From Heterodontus francisci (Eukaryota), in the NCBI RefSeq assembly GCF_036365525.1, contig NC_090378.1:123799593-123863592 (forward strand): a stretch of 64,000 bases of DNA. The letters run 5' to 3'. The notes under the pieces were generated by a model, which saw only the letters and a list, made by a program, of their open reading frames with translations, was not told where the DNA came from and did no database searches. Positions 33,520-43,889 of this stretch are shown here, piece by piece. The position numbers and the translations under genes are program-made. Position 1 is the first letter of the stretch; the number at the start of each line of letters is the position of its first letter.

Positions 33520-34413
33520 TAGACAGAGGGAAAGAGCACTAACCACTAACCACTGACCACCTCCAGGCGCGTATCCATTGTCTCTCGAGATAAGGAGGCC
33601 CAAAAGAAGAGCACAAGAGGGACAGCGTGAGAGAGAGAGATGGCTGGTTGTCCCAGTGGACATTGGGACTCTGACGTCTGGCCTATATGAGGGTCCCGAG
33701 CCTGCCCATGTCATCAGCACTCGCCGGAGCAACTTTCTGGGAGGCAGCCTCCTAATTGGTCACCTCCACACTCACTGTCCTATGAATGATGGCGGTCAGG
33801 CTCCCGAGCCTGCAGGCCCAATCAGAGGGCCCACAGTGATGTCAGGCTGGCAGCTCCACCGGGAGAGGTGGGCCCTGCTGAAACAGGCAGGCGAGAGTGA
33901 GGGCCCCTCAACATGGAGATGCCCTCGGCTGCCTGCAGAGGAATAGTAAAATAAAAAGGGCTGAAGCCAGTTGGGCCATCAGGTTGAAGAGGGTTAGGAT
34001 TAGGAAACTCCTCCACAGGATTATTCACAGGCGGGACTGCAGCTTTTCATCCCTGTAGCTCATTGGGACATAGAGTCTCCGTCTCCGATGGTCCCCTGGC
34101 CTGCTGCCGGGAGGGCTCCTCCATTGAGCTGGCGGCCTCCACACTCAGGGGTGGGGAGGCCGCTCCGACATTGGTAAAATACCAGCACCGGCTCAAAATG
34201 GCCCCTAAATGTGAACTTCATTGCTCTAATTGTCTGCCCATCTGCATGGAGCCAGCAGATGACCGGTTCCCAGTACACCCATGGGAAAGTAACCCGGAGG
34301 CGGGAATGTGTCAGGGAGCCATGTTGACACAGCTCGTCGTATTTTTCCCAGTCCTGCCCAACCTCCAAATGAGAACCCCGTCTCCATGGCACCGGGAGAA
34401 TTCATCCCAGTCT
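33520..34413. mobile_element. Unclassified GC-rich sequence, probably an interspersed repeat (not Ig V)
   Basis: GC-rich non-coding sequence with no Ig V motifs (no WYQQ or YYC followed by a 12-RSS). The repeat call rests on composition only. Confidence 0.3.
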
Positions 34414-35075
34414 GTTAGAGACAGAGAGAGAGAAAGTGAGAGAGAGAGAAAGAGAGAGAGAGTGAGAGGGAGAAAAAGAGAGACAGAGTGAGAAAGAGAG
34501 ACAAAGTGAGAGAGTGAGAGAGAGAGAAAGAGAGAGATAGTGAGAGGGAGAAAAAGAGAGACAGAGTGAGACTGAATGAGAGAGAGTGAGAGTGGGAAAG
34601 AGAGAGAGAGTGAGAGAGAGAGAAAGAGAGAGACAGTGAGAGGGAGAAAAAGAGAGACAGAGTGAGGGAGTGAGAGAGATTGAGAAAGAGAGACAGAGTG
34701 AGTGAGGGAAAGAGAGAGACAGATTGAGAGAGAGTGTGAGAGAGAGAGAGCGTGTGACAGAGACAGAGTAACAGGGAGTGAGAGAGAGGGACATAATGAG
34801 AGAGTGAAAGAGACAGAGTGAGAGAAAACAATGAGAGAGAGACAGAATGTGAGAGAAACCCAAAGTAGCAGAGACAGAGTGTGACACACTGTGAACGACA
34901 CACACAGACAGACAGACAGAAGCACACATAGAGACAGAGACAAATAGATACATATAGAGAGAGTGTGCGAGACAGAGACACACATACACACAGGCAAAGA
35001 GCGACAGAGAGAGAGACACAGTGACAGTGAAAGACAGAGAGAGGGTGAGAGTGAGTGAGTGAAACAGAGAGCAGA
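34414..35075. repeat. Polypurine GA-rich tract directly upstream of the J RSS
   Basis: About 660 bp of (GA)n/(GAGT)/(GACA), with three copies of a ~50-bp subunit containing GAGAGGGAGAAAAAGAGAGACAGAGTGAG. Confidence 0.92.
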
Positions 35076-35114
35076 GGATATTGTACAGCCCCTGCACTGG
35101 AAGCTGTCAGTGTG
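35076..35114 (-). promoter_or_regulatory. J-segment recombination signal sequence, 23-bp spacer (23-RSS)
   Basis: Plus strand reads nonamer GGATATTGT (35076-84), then exactly 23 nt (35085-35107), then heptamer CAGTGTG (35108-14) abutting J. On the RSS strand this is CACACTG / 23 / ACAATATCC versus consensus CACAGTG / ACAAAAACC. Confidence 0.92.
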
Positions 35115-35149
35115 GTTTACGTTCGGTAAAGGAACCAAGCTTAGACTGA
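35115..35149 (+). CDS. IGKJ: Immunoglobulin light-chain J segment, kappa-type, unrearranged
   Basis: G TTT ACG TTC GGT AAA GGA ACC AAG CTT AGA CTG A encodes FTFGKGTKLRL (FGxGT motif). It is preceded by the 23-RSS and followed by a phase-1 donor GTAAGT at 35150. It splices in frame to the C exon (A+GC = Ser). Confidence 0.95.
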
Positions 35150-35569
35150 GTAAGTAAACCTCAATCCTCTGTTACTAATCCTTTAAATACAAAACTTTCT
35201 AAAACACAAATGCTGAATAGTGGAAGGTGTTAGAAAGGAGCTCCAGTCAATGAAATGGTTCATTGAAGAGCACTGTGTATAACAGGGTGCCCAGCTGTAT
35301 TTCTTTAGTTACATTCCCCCTTTAACCAGCAAGATATAAGTAACCAACTTTTACCGAGTGTGTAGAGGAGATCTGGACGTTTGCAGACTGTGGTCACATT
35401 CCTGCTCCATGGTGTGAAATCCCTCACTGGACTCCTGCCAGTCTCAGTGTGAGCTCTGGGTCTCTGTCACAGTCTCTGATATAACTGATCTCAGCACCAG
35501 CACAGTGAGACACCGAGGTCCCACCTCCCCCAGCTTTAACTCTGCTCTGTCCACTCCCTGCTTATCTCT

Positions 35570-36637
35570 TGTCAAAGTTCTGATGAAAAACAATGACAGC
35601 AGGGCTCCCAATCCAGTGGCTTCAGTGTTCCAGGGTTTTGGGGAAACTCTCAGTTGCTTTGTCTTTGGGTCGAGTTCAGGTCGATTGTTCTGACCAGGTG
35701 ATGAAAGTCTCTCGGGGTCTTTCACAGCCTTCACCTGGTCTTACTGTAACAAGATTTAATTTGAAACACACTGTGTTTTGAGCTCCTTCTCGGTGAATCC
35801 TTGTTCACCGCTTTCCAATTGTGAGGCAAAGAAATGAGCACAAACAGGTTTTCTTAGGTTTAAAGAAGAAAGGTGAAATTTATTAAAACTTAAACTAAAA
35901 CTCTAATTCAGTTAACGCGTACGGATACACGCCCCGCCCCACGCTAGCATGCATATGCGATACACACATGCAAATAGAGATAGAAAAGAGCAGAAGAAAA
36001 ATAAAGTGCAGAGGTTTGAGGCAATCTCTGAAGAGAGTTTTTGTTACTGTGCTTCGAGCTCACTGTAGTCCTTGCTTGTCGGTAGATCTTGCTTTTCATT
36101 GGGGCCCAGTATTCTTCTTAAACCTTGTTCACTGTGGGAGACTTTTCCCTCTTGCGGTTCATATGTCTTCAATGATTTCTGAAGCTGGTGAGAGAGATGA
36201 AAGCCGACGGGAGAGAGACAGTGGCAAGCCAGCCATGAAAAGTCTTTTCAGTCCAGGAGCAAACAGCTTTCTGAGTTCAAATTCTCTGTGGCAAGTTCAA
36301 ATTTAAAAAACTACAACAGCCAGTTAGTCATGTGACTAAACTGGTCTGGCCATGTCCGATGGTGTAGTCGGCCATCTTAGCAGTCAAGCTGGAATGGGAG
36401 CTCCTCCACCCTCAATGTCTGGTAATCAAAAGTCCATTGTGGATTGAATTTGTCAGGAAATGGTCTTTTGTCCCTTCCAAGTACTGTCTGTTATTATGCC
36501 AATGTCTTTCCAGTCAAGGGCGTGGTGCTGTTTTTTAAAAACAAGTTCTTTCTTTACTCCAGCAACAGATTAAAAAGCAGTGTTCATATGGTGAAATTAA
36601 TGTGCCTCATTCTTGGCAGGTGGGGGCCTGCATGACA
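35570..36637 (-). mobile_element. Probable solo LTR (~1.07 kb)
   Basis: Termini TGTCA...TGACA form an inverted repeat. There is a minus-strand AATAAA near 35,880 and no coding capacity. The flanks (CTCT/CTGA) are not a clean TSD. Confidence 0.5.
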
Positions 36638-36846
36638 CTGATATTTATCTCTGAACCGACGTCACTGAAAATGTTCATTTACCTCATTGCTGTTTGTGGG
36701 ATCTTGCTGTGCACAAATTGTCTGCCACATTTCCTACATTCCAACAGTGACTGCTCTTTAAACAAGTCCTTCATTGTCTGTAAATGACTTTGGGAGGTCC
36801 TGAGGTGTGAAATACTCGATATAAATACAAGTCTTTCTTTTCTTTT
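36638..36846 (+). mobile_element. Deu-domain SINE, 3' fragment
   Basis: Matches the 3' half of the SINE at 37,245-37,638 (GGGATCTTGCTGTGCACAA...CTTTGGGA...CTGAGGT...AAATaCAAGTCTTTCTTT). Confidence 0.7.
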
Positions 36847-37244
36847 TATTAACCGGGAGCTCCCACAATACCCTGTTGATTAAAGCTGAACCCAGCAGAA
36901 AATCCACAGAAAACTGACTAATGTTTGTCTGATTTGTCTGTGTGTTTATTAGACATGACTGAGCAGATAGCAAGAGTTTCAGCAGCAACAAAGGTGTCAC
37001 TCTAGTGCCCCTCCCACTTTCCCCATCGACTTACATAATACTTACAGGGAAAGGGCTCAGCATCTGCCATCGACTGGTTAAATGTCACCCCTCTAGACTA
37101 CAGGTCTCCCGCAATCTGCTCTCCATCTCTCTCCTGAAGGCACTATCTCTGGCTGGGGCACAGCTCCACCCTCCCCAAGTGGCCTCATTCCTCCAAGTGT
37201 GAGCCGGGAGGTTGAGAATGGCAGACTATTCGACTGTGAGGTGT

Positions 37245-37638
37245 TAGTGTTGTCTCAGTGGGTAACACTCTCACCTCTGAGTCAGAATGTCGTGGCTTCA
37301 GGTCCCACTCCAGAGACTGGAGCACATAATCCAGGCTGACACTGCAGTGCAGTATTGAGGGAGTGCTGCATTGTCAGAGGTGCTGTCTTTCAGATGAGAC
37401 AAACTGACGTCTGCCCTCTCAGGTGAATGTAAAGGATCCCACTGCACTATTAGAAGAGCAGGGGAATTCTCCTCGGTGTCCTGGACAATGTTTATCATTC
37501 AACCAACAGCACTGAAAATCAGATTATCTGCTCATTATCACTCAGCTGTCTGGGATCTTGCTGTGCACAATTGGCCATAAAACACTTTGGGACATTCTGA
37601 GGTGGTGACAGGCACTATAGAAATGCAAGTCTTTCTTT
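37245..37638 (+). mobile_element. tRNA-derived Deu-domain SINE (SacSINE1-like), near full length
   Basis: A-box-like TGTCTCAGTGG and B-box-like GCTTCAGGTCC. Deu core GTGCTGTCTTTCAGATGAGAC...GTCTGCCCTCTCAGGTGAATGTAAAGGATCCCA...GAAGAGCAGGGGAATTCTCC. Tail AAATGCAAGTCTTTCTTT. Confidence 0.75.
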
Positions 37639-38074
37639 GAGTTTGGAGACTCCTGATCCTGACCCTCGCGCACACTCTCACCTTCCAGGGGTCATGGGAT
37701 CATTTGGAGCAGTGACCCTGCCTGACCCCAGTACACTGAGACTGATTATAACCTCACCCTTGACCTCACCCCAGTGTTGGACAAGAAGGTTTGAAATGAA
37801 ATCGAAACCTTCCACACCGACACCCAACATGAATCCTTTCTGACATGTGTTGATACAAGTCTGCTCCAGTGTTCCGGAGAAAGTTCTCCGGATGTGTGTG
37901 TGATCTGAGATTTGTTAACACTGAGCCTGTTTCCTCCAGATAGACTGATCTACAGTTCGAGCTTCCTGTCAGGTTAACAGTGTCTTAAAGGGACACTGAG
38001 TCTTTAAACACTCTTACTATTAACCATTTCAGTGCTGAATTGGTGATAAACCTTCATTAGAGACGTTTAAACAG

Positions 38075-41000
38075 AGAAACATAGAAAGATTTACAATGCA
38101 GATGAGGCCATTCGGCCCATGGTTTCCATGCCAGCTGAAAATGAGTTAACAAACCTAATCCCACTTTCCAGCTCTTATTCCCATATCCCTGTAGGTTTCG
38201 GCACCTCAAGTGCATATCCAAGTGTTTTTTCAATGTGATGAGAGTTTCTGCCTCTACCACCCTTTCAGGCAGTGAGTTCCAGACCCCCAACACCCTCTGG
38301 GTGAAAAAATTACTCCTCAATTCACCTCTCATCCTTCCACCAATTAATTTAAATCTATGCCGCTGGGTTATTGACCTCTCTGCTGCGGGAAGTAGGTCCT
38401 TCCTATCCACTCTATCTAGGCCCCTCATAATTTTATACACCTCAATTAAATCTCCCCTCAGTCTCCTCTGTTCCAGAGATAACAATCCCAGCCGATCCTA
38501 TCTTTCCTCATAGGTAAAATTCTCCATTCCTGGTAACATCCTCGTAAATCTCCTCTGTACCCCCTCTTGTTTGATCACATCCTTCCTGTGATGTGGTAAC
38601 CAGAACTGTACACAGTTTTCTAGCTGTGGTCTAACTAGTGTTTTCTACAGTTCTGGCATAACCTCCTTAACCTTATACTCCAGGCCTCAGCAAATAAGGG
38701 CAAGCATCCCGTAAGCCTTCTTAACCACCTTATCTAGCTGTCCTGCTACCTTCAGGGATCTGTGGACATGAACTCCAAGGTCCCTCAGTTCCTCTACACT
38801 TCTCAGTATCATCCCATTTATTGGATATTCCTTTGCCTCGTTTGTCCTCCCCAAATGCATTACCTCACATTTCTCTGGACTGAATTCCATTTGCTATTTT
38901 TCTGCCCACCTGACCAGTCCATTGATATCTTCCTGCAGTCTGCAGCCTTGTTCCTCATTATCAACCGCAAGGCCTATTTTTGTATCATCTACAAACTTCT
39001 TAATACCCCTTCCATTTAAATCTAAATCATTGAAAGACACTATAATCAGCAGTGGACCCAGTACTGAGCCCTGCAGAACCCCACTGAAAACAGCTTTCCA
39101 CTCACAAAAACACCCACCGACAATAAAACTTTGCTTCCTGTCACTGACTCAATTTTTGATCCAATTTCCCACTTTTCCTTGGATCCCATGGGCTTTTAAT
39201 TTTCTGATCAGTCTGCCATGTGGGATCTTATCAAAGGCCTTGCTAAAATCCATGTCGACTCTTTCAAACATGACGCCCACTTTGACACTCCTTGTAACCT
39301 CCTCATGAAATGTAATCGTTAGTCAGACACAAACTTCCCTTAACAAATCCATGCTGACTGTCCTGAATTAATCCCGTGCTTCTCTAAATGATGGTTTTTA
39401 CTGTCTCTCAGAACTTTTTCCAATAATTTTCCCACTGCCGAGGTTATGCTGACTGATCTGTAATTACTTGGTCCATCCATTCTTTCCTTTTTAAACAACA
39501 GTAGAACATTAGCAGTCCTCCAGTCCTCAGGTACCATGCCTTTAACCAGAGAGAATTGGAAAATGAGGATCAGAGCCTCCGCTATTTCTTCCATTGCTTC
39601 CTTTGCAGCCTGGGATACATTTCACCTGGGCCTGGTGATTTATCCATTTTCAAGGATGTAAAACACCTTAATATTTCCTCCCTCACTAAGTTTATCCCAT
39701 CCAAGATTTCACACTCCTCCTCCTTCACTACAATGTCTGCTTTGTCACTCTCTGTGAAAAAAGGCACAAAGTATTCATTCAGAAACATGTCCACATCCTC
39801 CGCCTCCACACACAGGTTAGGTTTTTGGACTCCAATTTACCCCGCTCTTTTCTTAGTGATTCTCCGGCTCTTTATGTATTTATTAAACATCTTTGGGTTT
39901 TCCTTGATTTTACTAGCTCATATTTTTTCATGTCCTCTCTTTGTTTCCCTAATTTCCTTTTCAATTTCACCCCTGAACTCTCTACACTTCTCCAGGTTTT
40001 CTGCAGTATCAAGATCTCAGTATCCGATATAAGTTTCCCTTTTGTACCTTATCCTACTGTGTATGCTCTTTGCCATCTGCGGTAAATGGAGATTTGGGAG
40101 TCTCACCCTTTTTCTTTGTGGGAACATGTTTGTTCTGAGCCCTCACTATCTCCTCCTTGAATGCCTCCCACTGCTCTGACACTGATTTACCTTCAAGTAG
40201 CTGTTTCCAGTCTAATTCTGACAAATCACATCTCAGCTTAGTAAAATTGGCCTTTCCCCAGTTTAAAACTTTTACTCTTGGTCCATCTTTATCCTTTTCT
40301 ATAACTGCTCTAAATCTAACTGAATTATAATCACTGCCACTAAAACACTCTCACATTGATCCCCTTCCACCTGCCCAGATTCATTCCTGAAAACTAAGTC
40401 CAGAACTGTATCTTCTCTTGTTGGTCTTTCTACTGATGAGAAAAGTTCTCCCGAATGTATTTTAGGAATTCTGCGCCCTCTGTACCTTTTATACTGAATT
40501 TATCCCAGTTAATATTTGGAAAGTTGAAATCCCCTCCTATTACTGGCCTGTTGTTTCTGCACTTTTCAGTAATTTGCCGACACATTTGCTCTTCTCTCTC
40601 CCTCTGACTGTTTGAGGGTCTATAGCAGGAGTCTGGAACCTGCGACTCCGGAGCCACATGTGACTCTTTAACAGCTCATTTACAGCTGCCAACCTTTTCC
40701 AGTTGGATCACATTAACATGAAAAAGGCCGAAAAAATTCAGTCAAGGAAAGTAAACTGTGTTTTTATTGTGGGGATAAAAGGCTAATCATTATGTTGTAC
40801 TTTATAGTTTCAAATGATTATTTAAATGAAAAGCATCATCATTGTCTAAATGAACTTGTTTGAGTGGTACAGCTTCCATTGGAGGAACAGTTTTTATGTT
40901 TGTGACCATTATTGTTTCTAATATCACTGAGATGATAAATTATTCTGCTATTACAAACTTCTTTTTTATTACGAGAATCAATAGCTGAAAAAATTGTCTT

Positions 41001-41560
41001 AATTCTGCACATCTGAATTTAAATTTTTTTTTTAAATTTTGACTTTACTGACAAAATTATACAAAAACAAGTCAAAAAATGCAATAATTCAGAGTGAAAC
41101 CTATTCTGATTTTGACTTTTTTTCTATTGATACATAAATTCAATACATGTATTTTATTTATTATATATACAAAGTGTGCATTCTACCAGAGGCACTTGGC
41201 AATTTAGAAGGTATTTGGTTTAGAAATGCTGAATTTTGGTCTTGACACTGCCAGTAGTTTTTATTTTAGGTAATATTTTTGAAAACAGTCTCTTCAGGTA
41301 ATAAAGGTTACCGACCCCTGGTCTATATATAGTGCAGCAATGTGATTGCCCCTTTTTTGTTCCTACGTTCATTCAAATGTCCTCATTCGATGATCCTGCT
41401 TGAATATCATCCCTCCTCACAGCTGCGATTTTTTCTTTTGACTAATATTGTGAAACCCTTCTCCTTTTTTCTCTCCCTCTCTATCCCATTGGGAAACTCA
41501 GTATCAGGAATATTGAGCTGCCATTCCTGCCCTTCTTTCAGACTCATTTCAGTAATAACT
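38075..41560 (-). mobile_element. CR1-type LINE, degenerate ORF2 (endonuclease + RT + 3' end), interrupted by a hAT MITE
   Basis: Minus-strand fragments in order: ITEMSLKEGQEWQLNIP, GDFNFPNINW, DKSPGPGEMYPR, VPEDWRTANV, MEFSPEKCEVMHLGR, LEQRRLRGDLIEVYKIM...FFTQRVLGVWNSLP. Multiple frameshifts. Confidence 0.92.
40626..41320. mobile_element. Non-autonomous hAT (Charlie-like) DNA transposon / MITE, 695 bp
   Basis: TIRs CAGGAGTCTGGAACCT and (reverse complement) CAGGGGTCGGTAACCT match at 13/16. The 8-bp TSD is GTCTATAG (40618-25) / GTCTATAT (41321-28). The interior is AT-rich, and the CR1 resumes on both sides. Confidence 0.88.
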
Positions 41561-42413
41561 GTCATCAAGGCAGCATTTGAGTCTGGAATCAAGAAGCCCG
41601 AGCAAAACTAGAGTCAGTGTGAATCAGGGGGAAATCTCTCGACTGTTTGGAGTCATACCTAGCGCAAAGGAAGATAGCTGTGGTTGTTGGAGGTCAATCA
41701 TCTCAGCTCCAGGACGTCACTGCAGGAGTTCCTCAGCATAGTGTCCTAGGCCCAACCATCTTCAGTTGCTTCATCAATGACCTTCCCTCCACCATAAGGT
41801 CAGAAGAGCGGATGTTCGCTGATGATTGCACAACCTTCAGCACCATTCGCGAATCCACAGAAACGGAAACAGACTATCTAGAAATGCAGCAAAACCTGGA
41901 CACTGTCCACGCTTGGGCTGATAAGTAACAAGTAACATTCGCGTCACACAAGTGAAAGGCAATGACTATCTCAAATAAGAAAGAATCTAACCATCTCCCC
42001 TTGACATTCAATGGCATTACGATCGCTGAATCCCCCACTATCAACATCCTGAGGGTTACCATTGACCAGAACCTGAACTGCAGTAGCCCTGTAAATACTG
42101 TGGCTACAAGAGCAGGTCAAAGGCTGGCCACCTAGGAGGAAAGGCCAGCAGTTGTATGGGAACACCAACACCTGCAAGTTCTCCTCCAAGCCACACACCA
42201 TCCTGACTTGGAACTATATCGCCGTTCCTTCACTGTCACTGGGTCAAAATCCTGGAACTCCCTGCCTAACAGCACTGTGGGTGTACCTACCCCACATGGA
42301 CTGCAGCAGTTCAAGAAGGCAGCTCACCACCACCTTCTCAAGGGCTATTAGTGATGGGCAATAAATGCTGGCCTGGCCAGCGACGCCCACATCCCATGAA
42401 TGAATAAAAAAAA
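41560..42413 (+). mobile_element. CR1-group LINE, 5'-truncated 3' portion with internal deletion
   Basis: RT motifs ESYLAQRKIAVVVGGQSS, GVPQHSVLGPTIFSCFINDL and MFADDCT. 3' end GCGACGCCCACATCCCATGAATGAATAAAAAAAA. Confidence 0.88.
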
Positions 42414-42599
42414 CTACCATATCATACTTCCAAGAGCAGTCGAACACAATTTAACCAGTTGAACATCAAACCATCCACTGTCTTTGTATTTTAGACTAAA
42501 CCTAGCAAGCGAGGCAAATTAAGAAGTGATGGTGCTCATTTCTAACGATTCAACACCAGCCGTAGTTCATTAACTCAGCTGTCTGTTATCTGATGTGAC

Positions 42600-42840
42600 A
42601 ATTCCAAACACAGAAACACCCACAGAAACATACACATAAATATACACATAGAACACACAAATATACACAGAGAATACACAAATGTACAGACAGAACACAC
42701 AAATAAATACATGAAACACACAAATATATACAGAGGACACACAAATATACCGACAAAAGACACAAATATATACATAAAACACACAAATATATACAGAGAG
42801 CAAAAAATATACAAATAGAACACAGAAATACACAAACATG
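42600..42840. repeat. AC-rich degenerate tandem repeat (~22-bp unit ACACACAAATATACACAGAG-like)
   Basis: Repeated ACACAAATATA(C/T)A motifs immediately 5' of the C acceptor. Confidence 0.75.
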
Positions 42841-42872
42841 CAGTGATTAACAGTTTTTCTCTTCTCTTTCAG

Positions 42873-43201
42873 GCCGAGAGAAGTCTCAACCCACACTGAC
42901 CCTGATGCCCCCCTCGCCGGAGGAGGTCAAGGCCAAGGGCACTGCCACCCTGGTGTGCCTTGCCGATCACTTCTATCCCGATGAAGTGGGGGTGGAGTGG
43001 AAGAAGGACGGTGCAGCCATTTTGGCCGGAGTTCAGACCAGCAATTACCTGCGAGCTTCGGACAGCACCTACAGTGTCAGCAGCCTGCTGACCCTCTCTG
43101 GCTCTGACTGGGAGTCCAACGCCCGCTTCTCCTGTGCCCTCACCCACGAGACCCTGTCCTCTCCCCTCAGTAAGAGTGTGAGCAGATCAGAATGTGTGTA
43201 G
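42873..43201 (+). CDS. IGKC: Immunoglobulin light-chain constant exon, kappa-type (shark type III/NS4-like), intact
   Basis: Translation: (S)REKSQPTLTLMPPSPEEVKAKGTATLVCLADHFYPDEVGVEWKKDG...DSTYSVSSLLTLSGSDWESNARFSCALTHETLSSPLSKSVSRSECV*. This is a C1-set domain with both Cys, the core Trp, FYP and the light-chain C-terminal interchain Cys. The acceptor AG at 42871-72 is in phase with J. The ATG at 42905 is internal. Confidence 0.96.
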
Positions 43202-43630
43202 AATGTTAGAGACAGTCCGCAGAGGAGACACAACTTTAAATATAACAGGGGTGAGCTGGGAGGATAAAGGTCATTGTCAGCACGGAATTTCAACTCTCTT
43301 CCTTCTCGTGACTGGGTCTGAGACACCTCTGAGGATCAGGGGTCAAGGCACTAAATTGGGACAGTGTAGAGGGGGCTTTACTCTGTATCTAACCTGTACT
43401 GTACCTGCCCTGGGAGTGTTTGATTGGACAATGTAGACTCGTGATGCCAAGTAAAACCTCTCTAAGATGCTGAAGACTGTCAGCTGAGCTAAAATAATAT
43501 GAACCTCAGAAGTCACCGCTCAGTAAACCAGACCTCCTTCCTGCTCACCCTGCAGTTACAATTTAAAGTTTAGTCTCTGTTTAAAGCGACAGGATTCTCA
43601 TGTTATTGAGAAAATCTCCACAACTGTTTT

Positions 43631-43731
43631 AATAAACCTTCATTCTCCCTGTGAATTTCTCCAGCTTCCTCTCACTGAGCTGTTTATTCAAGTCTTTTTA
43701 CTGTAAATGTAAATCTGTAAAAGGTAATAAA
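43631..43731 (+). terminator. Two polyadenylation signals for the light-chain transcript
   Basis: AATAAA at 43631-36 and 43726-31, 430-530 bp past the C stop codon. Confidence 0.6.
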
Positions 43732-43889
43732 CATTAAGAATATTCAGTAAATGTCTCGGGAGTACTTTGGAAATGTCCCACATTCCTGTCAGTTGATTGG
43801 CTGTATTTCAGCAAGTGATTCTAATGATTGGCTGGTTAAACTCTCAATCAATAGCACATTAGCATAAGATTTGATTACAAACAGAAATA

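Larger units (their letters stand above)
35150..42872 (+). other. J-C intron (7,723 bp), mostly transposable elements
   Basis: GTAAGT donor. The acceptor has a branch-like TGATTAAC, a polypyrimidine tract TTTTTCTCTTCTCTTTC and AG at 42871-72. Confidence 0.92.

Noticed and set aside
33832-33859. CACAGTG upstream of J as a possible V-RSS
   Set aside because: There is no nonamer after 12 nt (CAGCTCCAC) and no V coding sequence (YYC) before it.
34311-35138. Ser/Leu-rich ORFs here and at 48,979-49,900
   Set aside because: Translations of simple repeats.
37461-37472. GGGGAATTCTCC as a kappa intronic NF-kB enhancer site
   Set aside because: It lies in the SINE core and is an imperfect match; there is no independent support.
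42905-43201. Stand-alone 98-aa gene starting at ATG 42,905
   Set aside because: The ATG is internal to the C exon, which begins at the acceptor at 42,873.
35076-43201. Assignment as TCR, heavy chain or lambda
   Set aside because: A single C exon ending SECV-stop with no TM exon indicates a light chain. The FGKG J with a 23-RSS and the C sequence fit the kappa/type III class, whereas lambda-type J uses a 12-RSS and shark type II genes are germline-joined.
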